DNA of 64,000 bases, from contig OX597822.1 in assembly GCA_951406725.2 (NCBI GenBank), forward strand, positions 107,818,001-107,882,000, given 5' to 3'. The position numbers were made by a program, and so were the translations under genes. Under the pieces are notes generated by a model. That model saw nothing but the letters and a program-made list of their open reading frames with translations. It had not been told where the DNA came from and did not search any database. This document shows positions 39,590 through 53,529 of this stretch, piece by piece. Every line of letters begins with the position of its first letter. Positions within the stretch are counted from its first letter, which is position 1. The stretch comes from Octopus vulgaris. Taxonomy: Eukaryota.

Positions 39590-40300
39590 GTAACAAACTG
39601 TCGGGTGGTTTCATCCTGATTGATGATCATGTATTTAGTTTTAATCTCATTGAAAAATAGACCGATTTTACTTGCAATGGCTTGCAATATAATCAAATGA
39701 TGGAAGCCTTGGGCATCACACATTTCTTCTAGAGCCAAGAAGGCAAAGTAGGATGTAAACTGGGTGTTGAGGCTGGTTGATTCGTTATTCTGTCAGGTAT
39801 CTATTAATTTCTTCTATGAAAATTGGTCATTTGGCTAACAGTTATATTTAGGTTAAAGAAAAGATTGTCATTAAACTTAAAACTATACAGCTTTGCTTGA
39901 CCAATTTATAAACTGAAGCGCTGAAACCTGACATCAGTGTGGATCACTACAAAACTATCCTGTTATAGGCAGTATAATTTCGTTTCGAGATCAAATAGCT
40001 CAGAGGTTTCGTTTGGCTTTTAGCTTTCTTATAGAAATTGGTGAATGCTTCAGCTTTGAACTTTATGACTTCGTCCAGTGACGTCCAGTGTCTCCTTTTA
40101 ATCTTTCATTAAGTATGAATTTAGCTGAATCTAGGCCAATTTTGGTATTCCTGTTGGACTTAGATTACTTGTTGTCTTCTCCAGCAAAGTAAAAGTTAAT
40201 GACTTCGTTGCATAAAATCCCAGTACTACATTTCTGTGGTTAGTGCTGAACAAGGTACATAAAGCATTATAATTCTTCCTCTGAATCCTGTCACAAAAAG
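39590..40300 (-). pseudogene. Decayed RTE-like LINE RT fragment
   Basis: ALEEMCDAQGFHHLIILQAIASKIGLFFNEIKTKYM matches the post-YADD RT region (GL..N..KT.YM); upstream SPTGIP and AYNRIVL resemble earlier RT domains. Confidence 0.55.
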
Positions 40301-41630
40301 TGACAAAACTTTTATATGCAGTTTTATTCTCCTTAGGGAATTTAGTTTCCATGTGGTTAGGGAGTGTCACAGGGAAGTTTGTTTCGAAGAAAGAGGTGGG
40401 AGGCTCGGGAATTATTGTTTATCATAAACAATACAACCGAGAGAAAACAAGGCGAGGAGGGTTCTATATATTAAACAGAAATACCAGTGGTTCTCAGATG
40501 TTAAATATAATAACTTTTAAACTTAGATCGATTATTATTATTAACAAAGTGTTTTTGCGGTCAAACACTCCATCTAAAGTCATCTAAGAGAATAAGAAAA
40601 TAAAATGAAATAGATCCAATAAAACATGTGAAAAAGAGAGATGACTCTAATAAGAATAGTTAATGGGATATTATGGACGCTACAAACGAAAGGGGATCTT
40701 CTATTGAAAGTCAATCGGCGAAATCAATGGATATTGATTTATCAGCGCAGCATATTCTATTAAATTGGCACGGTTATCAATCATCAATATGTACAGAAAC
40801 AGACGGATTTCGGTGACGTGGATTAGAAATAACAGTTGTGTAGTTGAGAGAAGTAACCTCTCTACTGAGTTCAGCATTCTGCTGTAGGGGTTTCTCACAT
40901 GTGATAAAAAGAGTACCGAGACATTTATTACGTAGAAATTTCTTTCTAGATTTGTATAAAATATAAAAAGGGAGCGCAAGGGAGATAACCTCAATGCAAT
41001 CGACCAAACTTTATTGGTTAGATCAGTTCCTATACACATTGTCCCCACTACTTGGATAACATAAGTTCAGAGAAGATTATCATCTTACTATGTTACACAA
41101 GTAAGAAGGCACACCCCAAAACACTCTATAGGTTAAATCGACATGGCATGTTGCCTGGTAGAGAAAGAAGTGGAGTTATCGTGGAGTATCATGAAGGTAT
41201 TAAGTCTTGGTTGTTATCATCTCTTTTCTCTATCTCGAGAGTATCCTAAATATATTTTATGTAGATATGTTTCTAAAGTTAAGTATGTTTAGTTGGCGTA
41301 GGTATCTGTACAATTGTTTACTTCATTTAATGACGCTACCTGTATACGTATATCGTAGAAGGTTTTCGGGCTAAATTTCTCCATTTTTGTGCCTCTTTTT
41401 TTATCTTTCAGGAAGAGCTTTAACGTAGTCAACGGTGAGCAGTCAACGGTGAGAGCATAAGGATTAAATTTGTGCTTGAGACAAAGTTAACTGACGTGGA
41501 GAAATATAACAATATTCGATCTGAATATTGGAAAAGATTTAAATGTCATAACAATTGAAAACGCCGATATGCTGTCTGCGGCTCAATGATCTGTGAACAT
41601 TCTAAAGGCTGTAAGATGTGGGATGGAGAG

Positions 41631-41930
41631 ATGCAACGGATACTCCGAAACCTTGGCCATCGGGAAGTGACACAGCAAGCGATCTGATTGTGTCTGCACG
41701 CTCGAATCCTTCCCCACGTCTTTGAGCAGGGACTTAGATTCAATTCAGATGGCTATCTGAAGCTGCTGGACACTGGTCAATGCAACGGATACTCCGAAGC
41801 CTTGGCCATCAGGAAGTGACACAGCAAGCGATCTGATTGTGTCTACACGCTCGAATCCTTCCCCACGTCTTTGAGCAGGGACTTAGATTCAATTCAGATG
41901 GCTATCTGAAGCTGCTGGACACTGGTCAAT
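41631..41930 (+). mobile_element. Tc1/mariner-superfamily transposase fragment in a 149-bp tandem duplication
   Basis: Two near-identical units start at 41631 and 41780; translation PHVFEQGLRFNSDGYLKLLDT resembles the Tc1-like catalytic region. Confidence 0.6.
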
Positions 41931-42734
41931 GTTTGTCTGGAAAGGGTTTCTTCCACACAGTGGCCCTTCATTTCTGTGACAGCTGGATACGATTCAAAAT
42001 ACTTTTCTTTTCAGGTTAGGGTATTGTGTTTTTTCCTTTTATGCAAACTGTCAAATTTAGCTCGAACACCCTCTATATTCCTAAACTCTTATATTTATTA
42101 AGCTTTTCTTTAGACACCTTCGTTTATGGCTACTCTTTGCGTCTCTTTCCTCGTTTCCTTACCTTAATTTCAGCTCTGTTTCCCACTAGAGTTGATCGAC
42201 CACTTGGCAATGGTTAAATTTTGGTTCTACCTTACTTTGCATTTTCATTCTTATACATTCCTCCTTCCGTCATCCATATTCTCTGTTCTTACTGGCAAAT
42301 TCTCTCACTGCCCATAACACCCTCACGTCACTTCTCTACGTCATCCCATTTATCATTTACTAGCTCGCGGCCACACAGTTTACAACAGACCTCGCAGAAG
42401 CTGACATTATTAAACTATTTTACGATCTTTGCGCTAAAATATATTTAGCCTTGCTTGCAAACTAATTTATTAAATATTAAAATACTGGTACACATGTTCA
42501 CAAATGCATGATCAAAATTCCTGAAGACATTTCAGTTCGTAATTTAATTCCGTTCCAGATTTACATGTCTTCCAATAACTAGATATATATTAATTTTCTA
42601 AATTAATGAGAAATAAATATGAATTACATACGAATGAATTTTTAGTCACAAAATGTTGGATTCATGGTAATAGAATTATGTTTAGCTGCATATTTACGAT
42701 AATTATGTCCACTATACTTTTCGATCATAATACA

Positions 42735-42876
42735 CTGACTTAATCATGGATATATATAACCATGGCCTGACTTAATCATGGATATATACACGGTACCAGA
42801 CTGAGATATATACACAGTACCAGACACGGCTATATACACAGTATCAGATATGTTATATAAACGGTGCCAGACTGGA
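42735..42876 (+). repeat. Short degenerate minisatellite, ~25-31 bp units
   Basis: gacttaatcatggatatata twice, then variants of tatatacacagtaccagac. Confidence 0.75.
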
Positions 42877-43029
42877 TTCTAAAGCAACGGTAGTTGTGCA
42901 ACTCATTAAGAAGTAAAGAATATGCAGACAGTTCACATCAAGATACTTAGAAAGATGGTTAAGTGACTGCCACATCTCAGAACAAGTCACGCACTGAGAA
43001 TTAAAGAACAGCCATGAATTATGCAGATT

Positions 43030-43310
43030 ACAGATAAGGTCATTAGTCCCAGTAATACGAGTGTATCAAAAGTGTAGAATTCAAGCAATCTGAGAAAATG
43101 TGTATCAGTATTTCAATATGTAACCCTGCGTCGTCGCAGCGGCATCTGGCTTACTGCGAGTGATATTTCTTCCATCTGGCAGCAGTGAAACACGTATCCT
43201 CCCATGCAAATTCATACCAATGTCCGCTGATTGTATGCAACAGGTTGCTCTGTCTGTTGCTGGCAAAGGGAGGATGTATACGTAAAGTAATTGCATCTTG
43301 GAGTGTAACG
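43030..43310 (+). pseudogene. Possible Helitron Pif1-like helicase relic
   Basis: VVAAASGLLRVIFLPSGS...CKFIP resembles Pif1 motif Ia/Ib (AVASSGIAATLLPGG.TAHS.FKIP), followed by CN...IRKVIASW resembling the approach to Walker B. Confidence 0.35.
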
Positions 43311-43914
43311 AACCCCTCCGCGTATTTCATAAAGGTAATGTTTCCAAAGCATATATTATCTTCATTAGCTTATATTATATGTGCTCTAAGCTTCAGTTGT
43401 GGTATACACAACATACTATATATTTGTGATGTTCTTGCTTTAATAATACCTTATTAAGATAACAATGGAGGAATTAGTTCAAAAAGGCTGACGTGAAAGT
43501 TCTCAACAAGGGTTAAAATACAGAGACGTGCTGTCAGAAGTGTTGAAAAACTATCTGCTCGGATCATTCGTTCACGGTTTGTGCTCATTGCTATGGCGAA
43601 GGTGACGGGGGCGAGAATGTAAGTAGTGGCAAGGAGTAGATATTAAACACCAAATGTTTTACCAAATAAAATGTTTGCTCTGTTTTTGCTTGCCTGCCTT
43701 AGTAGCTTTTCATTTCTCTTTCAATTGTCCAATGCGTGAAATTTTCTTCCTGTAAGTTTAACATGCATTTTGAGAAACAAATTGTAGAAGAACTGTTAAT
43801 AAATATTTGCAAAACTAATAACCAGTAAAATAAAATAGCAGGGGTAAATCACACCGCACTGCACTAACGGTGTTTTAATATGCCAATGCAGTAAATGACG
43901 TTTAATATTTGATT

Positions 43915-44340
43915 AAGGCGGTGAGCTGGCAGAATCATTAGTACGCCAAGCAAAATGCTTAGCGGCAATTTCGTTCTGACTTCAAGAACCACCGAAGTCG
44001 ACTTCATGTTTCATCCTTTCGGGGTCGATAAAATAAGAACCAATTAAGTCCTGAGTTCTATGTAATCGATTTAGGTGGAATTATTGGCATTGTGCCAACA
44101 TTTTTAATCGATATTTAATGCTTAATTATAGGTGGCGAGCTGGCAGAATCTTTGTCATACTGGGCAAAGCGATTACTTGCATTTTTACCGCCTTCATTTA
44201 TTGAGTTAAAATACTGTCGAAACCGACTTTGCCTCTCATGCTTTCGGGGTCGATAACATTTTCATTTGAACACTGGGTTGATGTAATCGAGTCACCGTCT
44301 TCCAGAATTTGCAGGACTTGTGTTGGCATTTGAAACCAAT
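43915..44340 (+). mobile_element. Two adjacent diverged SINE family B copies
   Basis: aggcggtgagctggcagaatc at 43916 and ggtggcgagctggcagaatc at 44131, each with ctttcggggtcgataa. Confidence 0.85.
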
Positions 44341-44639
44341 AATTAAAATGTACGCAACTGGCCATATACATTTTTATACACAACATACATACATATATAA
44401 AATTCAAGTAATATAACTTCTGATGAAACTATGTGATAGATATCAACAATTAGTGCTCAAGTTTGACTTGAAGCCTAAAACTCCAATTTCACCTATAATT
44501 AAAAACAACGATGCCATAGCTACATATGTGCATTTTGTCGATTGGGAATATGACAATATCCATTGATCATGTATAGGTATAAAGGATGAAAGTATAAAGC
44601 AAGTATAACGACTTGTATCAGGTTAAATTATGGCATTTA

Positions 44640-45620
44640 TGTCTTTTAAAATGATGTTACATGAGTACAGGTGATAAGGAAGACGGAAGAGGTATGCAGA
44701 AAGTCTCTTGGAGCTGTTTCAAGGATAAGTGTCAATTAGTGAATGTTGTGCAAAACTAGCGTTAGCTATCCTTGTTTCAACGAGCTGTTCCGTTATCGGA
44801 TTGAGAAAGGTATGTAGAAGTGATCTATTTCCATCTCAGAAAGGCAATGAAAACTGCCGGAGAATAGTTTGTGCACCATAGTATCCGAAACAAATACTAG
44901 AGAACTAAGATCGCAAGAGCTTAAAAATTAATTATCTTCTGCTCCTCATTAAAGAATAGACTTTTAACCGAACGGTTCCCGAGTCGAATCCACACAAGTG
45001 ATGAAAAATGGGTTCTCGCTTGTCATATCAACAGACAACGGTTGGCACCTGTAAGAAAAATGAATCCATCTAAAAAACCTGACTACACTCGGCAACAGTC
45101 ATGCTTTATGTCGAGTGGGGTTTGAAGCATTTTGTCTAATATTGACGCGTGAAGCCAAATCAAAATCATTAATGCGAAGACGTATTTGTTGTCAATTAGG
45201 AGAACTGCACAAAAATTTGCAGAAAAGTGACCATCATGGGTCAGTTGTAAAGCGGTGCTGCCCCTACTTAATAAAACAGGATCATATGTTGACTAAATCA
45301 CCCGAGAAAAAAAATTGGCAATAAATATGGATGTTTTGTCTCATCCTCCTTAATCTTCTCACTTTGCTTCATCTGTCATTTTTTTCCATCATTTCGACAT
45401 TATTTATGGAGAGAGAGAAACGATAATTAATTGTGATATTAAATTGGTATTGAGTGGTTCTTTGCCTCGAAACCCGAAGAATTTTACTCCAGAAGGATCG
45501 AACGTTTGTCAAATATGTCAATAGCAACGAGGAATATCTTAATTCATAATATCAATAAAAGTCAAATACGCTTTTGTTTCCCCTCTTGGAATGCAGCATG
45601 AATCTTTTACCAACATAATA
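44640..45620 (+). pseudogene. Decayed mariner transposon
   Basis: TSDEKWV at ~44994-45015 (TGDEKW), VML-like motif at ~45098, and VLSHPP*SSHFAS at ~45333-45372 (HPPYSPDLAPS). Confidence 0.8.
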
Positions 45621-45839
45621 GTTAAGTTTACAGTTAATGTCAGTTTAATATACAATGTATAAATATAGACTATAATGCATTTTCCATCTCTGCATTTTAA
45701 ATGTAAATATGCACGTGAATATTATCCCAGCATGGGCGTTTGAATGTCAGCAAATGTAAATGAATATTCTTTAATGTACTTCAAATACGTTGGCGCACCA
45801 TTATGATCGAAACAAATACAAGAACAAGAGAATATATCT

Positions 45840-46220
45840 CTTTTATTATTTATTTGTTTCAGTCATTAGACTGCGGCTATTTTAGGTGAATTAATTATTT
45901 CTTAAGGCATAGTACTTATTCTATCTGCCTCTTTTGACGAACTTACTTCCACGTATACACACCAACGACTATTGCCAAGTTTGTGGTGTGAGACGAACAC
46001 ACGTACAAACACACACAACTATACACATACACACATGTATGCACCACACACATTTATACGGCGGAATTCTTTCAATTCCTGTCCACCGAATCTACTCACA
46101 AGGCCTTTATGGGTTCGAGGCTATAGTAAAAGAGACTTATCAGTGTACCACGCACTGGCATTGAACCCGCAACCATGTGGTCGAGCAGCAAACTTCTTAA
46201 CGCACAGCCATACCTACGTC
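45840..46220 (-). mobile_element. SINE family A, diverged and fragmented
   Basis: ttgtttcagtcatt...; ccaccgaatctactcacaaggcc...gaacccgcaaccatgtggt...cacagccatacctacg. Confidence 0.75.
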
Positions 46221-46278
46221 TGTATAGATATATATGCACTTTATTATATATACTTATACATAAGTATATATACATATA

Positions 46279-46580
46279 GAGGCGCATGGTTCACAATCAT
46301 GAGGACGATTACTGGTTCGGGATGTGGGGTGTGTTCTTGAACAAAACGCTTTATTTCACGTTGCTCCAGTTCACTCAGCTGTGGAAATGAGTTGTGGCGT
46401 CACTTGTGCCAAGCTCTATCGGTCATTGCCTTTCCCTTGGATAACACCGGTGGCGTGGTGATGGGAGGCTGGTATACATGTGCTCCTGCTGGTCTTTCAT
46501 AAAAAAACCTTTCCCGGAACTGTGCCTCGGAGTTGGACTTTTGGGGTCATTCATGATCCAAGAGTGTCCTTACTCTTTAC
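46279..46580 (+). mobile_element. SINE family C
   Basis: aggcgcatgg head, gtgttcttgaacaaaacgctttatttcacgttgctccagttcactcagctg core and ttactctttac tail. Confidence 0.55.
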
Positions 46581-47523
46581 GCTGTACATACATACGTGCA
46601 CATATGTGTGTGTGCGTGTGTGTGTATGTGTACATTTTTTTCTGTTGTAATTTATGAAATAATCACCAAATGCCTCCTTAAATATGAGTCTTACTTTACC
46701 TGAAGGCATCTACTGTTATGCACGTGCGGAATGACTGGGAAGTTAAAATATTTCAGAGGCATCCATTAGACATGACCATTAAAGTGATTACCCATTGTTT
46801 GAATTGAAACCGTTATGCGTTTTTTACAATTTGCCATAACTTGATTAATTACTATAGAAAAATAAATTCTGCATTTTATTCTTCATATACATACATTCTC
46901 ATATATACACACATACACATGTATATATGCATGAAATTATGCGTCCACGAGTACGAGCTCGCCCACTGCTACTTTCTGTCCTTGGTGTTCATGTTGTTGT
47001 GCTTGTTGCTGTTGCTGTTATTCTTGTTGTTATTCTTCTTTTTCTCCTTCCTTTTCATCCATTCTTTTGTTTCCATTTTCAGTTCAACTTGGCTTTCGTG
47101 TTCGTTAACCTATCCAATATTGAACAAGTTTCTTTCTCCTCACTTCAATGAACCTGTGGGACATTCCATCGGAATCTATTATTACACACAGTAATCATTT
47201 ATAACCCTGCGTGGATTTTCACACGCATTGCCTCTTTAATATATATCCTGCTTGATGACATCCACTTTTATCGATTATTTGGAAATTTCAATGTAAAGTT
47301 ATCGTCTTTTATTTGATTTCACAAACTGCTGCCTATGGGCTACACCTAATGTACTGAAACGCATGGCTTTAAGAAACGTTCTTGATAATTCTAAACAAGG
47401 ACTTGACAGAAGGCAAACATAGATAAAACGGATGGACCAAACACGCGTGGTGATAATAAGACAGGCGCACATCCACACAGATGCATAGAGACACACGTAC
47501 TCAGACAGAAACATAGAAACACA

Positions 47524-47565
<42 letters not shown>

Positions 47566-49028
47566 AAGCCACTAACACAGTTGTATAGTCATATACTGTG
47601 TGTGAATGGAAGAACAGTAAATATCAAAGAAAGTATATGTAAAGAAACTTTAACTAGAGAGGTTAGAATTATTTATACAAAAATTCGTGCGTTAGTAAAG
47701 AGAATTATTGATGTTATAGAAATAATAGAGAATGGAAAATATGAAGGGGAAAAAAACAGAGATCGAAATAAATGGAGTTGATATGGAAAGGAACAAAGTT
47801 CGAATGAAAAATACAGAAAAAGGGGAACTTTAAGAACCATAGAAATAAATATAGAGAAATCGCTACACAACACTACGAGAAATTACGTAGAAAAATAGCT
47901 TTATGGATTGTAAAAGCGAGTTTTGTGGAAACTTAAGTAATTTAGTGGAGGGGATATAATTTTGTTTGGTAAATAAAAGTAAAATGATTCTGTACAGCAA
48001 TGAGAAAATTTCACTGGGAAGCATTTGCTTCAATTGATCTATCTAGGAATGCTAATAGATATATCTTCCCATCTGAGAATTTTCGATTACCGAAGTACAA
48101 TCGCCATAAGCTAATTGTCAGATATCATATTATTGATAAAAGCACATTTTTGAACTTCAGAAACAGAAAAGTTCGAAGAATAGATTAAGACGAAGTCTAA
48201 ATAAATAACTTTTAACACGCTGACTATGAATATGAAGGTTCTATAAAACGATTCCAGTTAAGGATGTTTGTGTTATGGCTGAGTTTATTCTGTGTGTTTC
48301 AGGTGTTTCGTCATCAAATTGTAATGGCATATAATGACATTTTCACCTCAATATCTTCTAACATTACTAAGTGGTATATTAGCATTGTGATGTTTACGCG
48401 TACCTTGCATTTAACTGCAGAAAATCCAACCTCACGGCCACAATCTATTACATGACATTCTCTGAATTAATTGAACTACCGACTGATGGTGTTCTCTTAA
48501 TCTTTTATCTAGTTTCCTAGTAAATATCATTTTCTATTTCTCGATCGTCTTATAACAACTTTCGATCACGTAATACCAAACTTCGTCTTCTACTTCCCTC
48601 TTTCGCGTACACGTCTGTGTATACATAATCAGGTATGTACACAGGCACATATTTATGAAGGCATACACTTAAGTGAGTGTATATATATAGATATATATAT
48701 GGGCACAAACACAAAATCTTATACTTCTATACACATATTTGTGTGTCTTTGTGTGTGTGTGTGTGTTCATTATGTAGAAATAAATGCTTCACACACCGTT
48801 GTTAGAACAATTTTCGTTGCAGATGTAAAAGTGTTAATGGAAAATGGAACATAGAAGTTTCTAAATATTAAGTATTCTGCAATAACCTTTATTTTAATAA
48901 TAGAGGCGTAGGCAACGGGTTGTCAAAATTATTAAAAACGGCGGAGAAAGCGCTTCTACGATCTGTTTCGAAGCTTAACGTTCTAAATTCAAACCGCTCA
49001 GGTTGTCCTAAGTGTGTTGACTGGGGTC

Positions 49029-49081
<53 letters not shown>

Positions 49082-49089
<8 letters not shown>

Positions 49090-49379
49090 ATTCGAGACAA
49101 AACCACTATTTTAAAACCAAACAAGGAAAGACTTAATCAATACATAAAATTTTAATGTAAATTAAATAAACCGCCACTACAAATAATATATATACATATT
49201 CAAGTGGCGGTTTATTTAATTTATATTAAAATTTTATGTATTGATTAAGTCTTTCCTTGTTTGGTTTTAAAATAGTGGTTTTGTCTCGAATTATATTATA
49301 TAATATTTTACTATAAAATTGGATTTAACCCTAAATCTGATTTTTCCCTGTAATTTTGGATTCATTCCCTAATATTTAT

Positions 49380-49383
<4 letters not shown>
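49082..49383. mobile_element. Second foldback PLE-terminus element in (TA)n; arms ~49082-49178 and 49203-49300
   Basis: ~97-bp inverted repeat with a 24-nt spacer; arms and the right-hand tail (cctaaatctgatttttccctgtaa...ttccctaatatttatt) are homologous to 30229-30615. Confidence 0.88.
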
Positions 49384-49439
<56 letters not shown>

Positions 49440-49443
<4 letters not shown>

Positions 49444-49660
49444 GTGTGTGTGTGTGTGTATGCTTGTCTGTCTGTGTTTGTCCCCCAACATCGCTTGACA
49501 ACCGATGCTAGTATGTTTAAATCCCCATAAATTAGTGGCTCGGCAAAAGAGAGCCATGGAATAAGTACTAGGGTTACAAAAAAGTCGATTTGCTCGACTA
49601 AAGGAGGTGCTTCAGCATTGCCACAGTCAAATGATTGAAACAAGTAAAAGTATAAAAGAA
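49440..49660 (+). mobile_element. SINE family A, 3' half
   Basis: tgtttgtcccccaacatcgcttgacaaccgatg...tgaaacaagtaaaag. Confidence 0.8.
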
Positions 49661-49669
49661 TATGTATAT

Positions 49670-50430
49670 ATATTATGCAGAATGAGATAACAAATACAAG
49701 ACTGTGAGGAATTTTCAGGACGTTTATAATGAAATAGTCTTACAGCTGTTTCTGGGATATGGATATCCCTTCATCAGAGCCCGTGTGAGAAAATATTTGA
49801 TTTCAAATTATTGTGGAAAACGAGGAGATAAGGAATATAGAGGGAAATAAGAGAATGAAAGTAGAAATAAGACATATAAAGATATTTTAGCTGCAGTTCC
49901 TTTATTCGAGGATAATGGTGTATAGAATTGGTAAAAATGTTTCCTATACATGGTATGTAAGGAGTTCATATTTAGTCATTTCAAAGTATGAAGCCGTTGA
50001 ATCAGCGTTGCTAGTTTGAAAGGGTTTTTTTTGGTATGAATGAGAATTTGAGAATGTATTGTTAGTATTTTTGGGTAGTTGGAGAGAGGAGAGATATGTA
50101 TGATTAGAAAGAGGAGATAGGTCAAGCTTTAAAGAGAAAATGAGAGGAATAGCGTGAGAAAAAGAAAAAAATAAAAAGGGAAAGAAAAAACAGTGTGAAA
50201 AATGTGAAGAAAGAGTGAAAGAAGTGAGAAAGGGGCTGTGGGTTGGTGGTCAAGGTAATGTGATGGGAGAACAGGAAAGGTGTGAGGAGGGATAGGAAAC
50301 GATAAGAATGTAAGAGAAGGTGTGATATGTGAGTAGGGGTGATATGACAGAGCTGTATTAAGTGATGGGGAAAAGAAAAGGTAGAGAAAATGTATGGGTG
50401 GGGTGATACCGAAGTGATAGCAATTTTAGT
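49670..50430 (-). mobile_element. Degenerate PLE 3' region with hammerhead, flanked by (TA)n
   Basis: Collinear with 24760-25660 (gtcttacagctgtttc..ttcatcagag, ggaaataagagaatgaa, tgcagttc). Confidence 0.7.
49737..49781 (-). ncRNA. Minimal type I hammerhead ribozyme-like motif
   Basis: ggct CTGATGA a gggata-tcca-tatccc a GAAAC agct GTA agac. Confidence 0.7.
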
Positions 50431-50432
50431 AG

Positions 50433-50471
<39 letters not shown>

Positions 50472-50899
50472 TATATAGATATGTATACAATATATATATA
50501 CATACATATACATATACATATATATAAATATACATACACGTACATACATATACCCACATATATACACAATAACACACTTACTCACGTACACATATATATT
50601 TGTATGTATTTTTGTATTTACTTGCTTCAGTCATTCGACCGCAGACCTGCTGGAGTACTGGCTTGGGAGGGGTTATTCGAATAAACCGATCCGATTTTCA
50701 GTTTTTTTCACAATTTGGTATTTTCTTGCCGTAATGCTAGACAATGTGTATGTGAATAAACCATCATTGGGAATCGTTCAATCGTGCAACACAAAGAGAC
50801 AATGAAAAATACACTCATAGATAAGCATGCAGCACACACACGTAGTTCTTTCACCCCAAAATATTTCTCGACCAATATGTACATGTGATATATAGATTT

Positions 50900-51330
50900 A
50901 GGTGTGTGCTGCGATATGTTAAAAACTGTACTTACAAGCATGCATGCAGGCATGCATACAAACATACGTACAGCAGTAAAATGTAAACACAATAGACCTG
51001 ATATAATTATTTGGGATGGAGAAGAGAGATTGTGTACAGTTGTGGAAATCAGCTGCACAGCGGATGTTAACATGAAGCTGAAGGTCAATGAAAAGGAGAA
51101 TGCGCAAACTGAACTATTCAGAAATCTGCAGTGAGTCTATCCAGATTACAAGTTGATGTGTATACCTGTAATTCTTGGGATGCCGATATGCATAACACAC
51201 TGTCTAAATACCAGTTTTGACAAATTAGGCGTCTGAAAACCAGAAATGAAAAAGCTGATTCGAAGACTACTGATCTAAGCCTTCAATGGAATTGTAAAGA
51301 TCTGTAAAACTTTTCAGACGTTTATCTGTT
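50900..51330 (+). pseudogene. 3' fragment of a restriction-like-endonuclease (RLE) LINE, R2/R4/NeSL group
   Basis: HNRPDIIIWDGEERLCTVVEISC...K...K is a PD-(D/E)xK RLE motif followed by IPVILG; stops present. Confidence 0.85.
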
Positions 51331-51390
51331 AAGTATACATCTATGTATGTGCATGAAAATACATACATAAAACGAAACATAAAAATCCGC

Positions 51391-52590
51391 ATATGGTACC
51401 CAAAAGTGACCGAGAACTTCTTTCTGTGGGAAAAGCCCAGTGCAGTTCTGATTTCTGCCGCTAGAAGCCACTTGATGCGAACCTCAGACATTAGTCTACT
51501 GACTGGTGTCCTCTTCAGTGATCTTTACTGCTTCGTGGTACGTCCTTGTTTTGCAGTGCTTCTCCCCTGTTCTTCGATTTTTGCGATGGCTGAAACGAAG
51601 GAACAACATGCTTCCGTGAAATTCTGTTTTCTGCTGGAAAAAAAAAGGAAACAGTTACCATTTTTTAAATAGCTTATAAAGACGCTGCCATAAGCAAAAC
51701 ACAAGTTCACGAGTAGTTTTCACGCTCTAGGGGTGGTCGCTTGTCGCTTGAAGACAAACGTCGTTCAGAGCAACAGTCCACCTCCCGAACGAATGGAAAC
51801 ATCATGAAAATTCAAGAACAGATATTGGAGGATCGTCACCGGTTAATTGACGAAATTGTTGATATAACTGCTGTGTTCTGAAACTGCTGCCTATGAATTA
51901 TGAGCGACGAATGAAAAGAGTTGCAGCAAAATTTGCACCTCGCTTGTTCAAGGAAGTTCAAAAGCAGTCACAACTGAAGGTATGTCGTGAACTGAAAGAA
52001 CAGTGGGAAGTTGATCTGGACCTTTATTCAAAGATCATCACTGGTGACGAAAACGCAGATGATTCTTTCAGCGATGCGAAAAGAGTTGTCTGCACAGTAT
52101 TTGTACCTCCTGGTCAAACAGTTAACCAGACATTTTACGTGGCGGTTCTGGAGCATTTGTAAGACGCGGTAAGACGAGAAAGCCCCGACCTGTATCAAAG
52201 TTGAGAGTGGTGTTTTCATTGCAACAATGCACTTGCACACATCGCCTCAAGTATGAAACAGTCTTTGATTAGAAATGGCATTACTCCCGCGTACCCACCT
52301 CCCCTACTCTCCCGATATTGCTCCCTGCGACACTTTCTGTTCCGCCGAATGAAAAACTTCTTAAGGAAGACATTTTGCAGATGTGGAAGTGGTAAAGAAT
52401 GAAAAAAAAAAAAGACGGAGGCGTTAAAAGCAAAAGCAACAACACTACTTCGAACACTTGAAAACGCGTGTGGACCGATGCATTGCTTGGGATGGTGAAT
52501 AATTTGAAGGCAATAAAAGCGTAAACATGTAAACCTATGTGAATAAAATAGCATTTCGAAATACCTGTTACTTTTGGGTACTCGATTGTA
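51391..52590 (+). mobile_element. Mariner transposon, near full length, with TIRs and a disrupted transposase
   Basis: TIR cores gtacccaaaagtgac (51396) and gttacttttgggtac (52567); MAETKEQHASVKFCFLL, VAAKFAPRL, KIITGDE, FVPPGQTVNQTFY and a PYSRY/PYSPD-like motif; many stops. Confidence 0.92.
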
Positions 52591-53529
52591 TAAACATAAA
52601 TACCGTGTTGATGTCGAAATTGTAATGAAGGAGATTTGAATCTAGGTTAGGAATCGCCTTTTTCTCTATTGGCAAGGAATCTTGAAATAAAACTGAATAA
52701 TGACATATATACATACATACATACGTAAACACATACATACATACGTAAACACATAGATTCATACATACATACATACATACATACACACATAAATTGGATC
52801 TACTCTTGGGATATTTTCAAGAACATATCAACAATATTCTCGGAATAGTGACTAAATATTTCCGTCAAATATTTTCTCAAGTGTTTTACGCTTTTGTATG
52901 TTGTTGGCCACTCTAGATTTTTCTATGACTTTTCCACTGTAATAAATGTCTGACGGCTGCTTTATCTTTGCATAGCGTTAAAGTATACTCTCAAACATCA
53001 GTAGAATATATTTTGGTGTGGCAGCACTCCTAAATTTCTCTCGACATTAAAATCACTCGAGGCATTCGGGATTAAAACGTCTCTCTAACATGCTCACGAA
53101 TATAACTCTTAAATCAGATTTATATGAATTATCTTCCTATACAAATTGAAATCACGACCACTAAGATTTAATCTTTCGTTTTCCGTGAATGACTGATAAA
53201 ATATCTGTCAAGTAAGAAAGGACTCTGTCAAAGATTAATGATAGTCAGAGATAATCTGCACAGAAACTATTTTATGAGCTAGTCCTTGGCATTTAAACAA
53301 ACGGAAGAAATGTAAAGATATGCCCTGTGTCATCTATCATCACTTTCATAAGAATTGTATCTGGAGATAAAGTAAAAGACTGGAAAGTTAAATCATATAA
53401 CTTCCTGGGTTCTTCGGATCTATTTATTAACTTTTCAAATCATCCAAACTTTAGGGTCAGTGAATATCGATTCTGGTGTATAAAAGCAGACTTTGTTGTA
53501 TATTGGTTTCAAATTTTGTTACGAGGCCA

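Noticed and set aside
40701-41048. 115-aa minus-strand ORF
   Set aside because: No recognisable motif or splice context; possibly decayed transposon sequence but not assignable.
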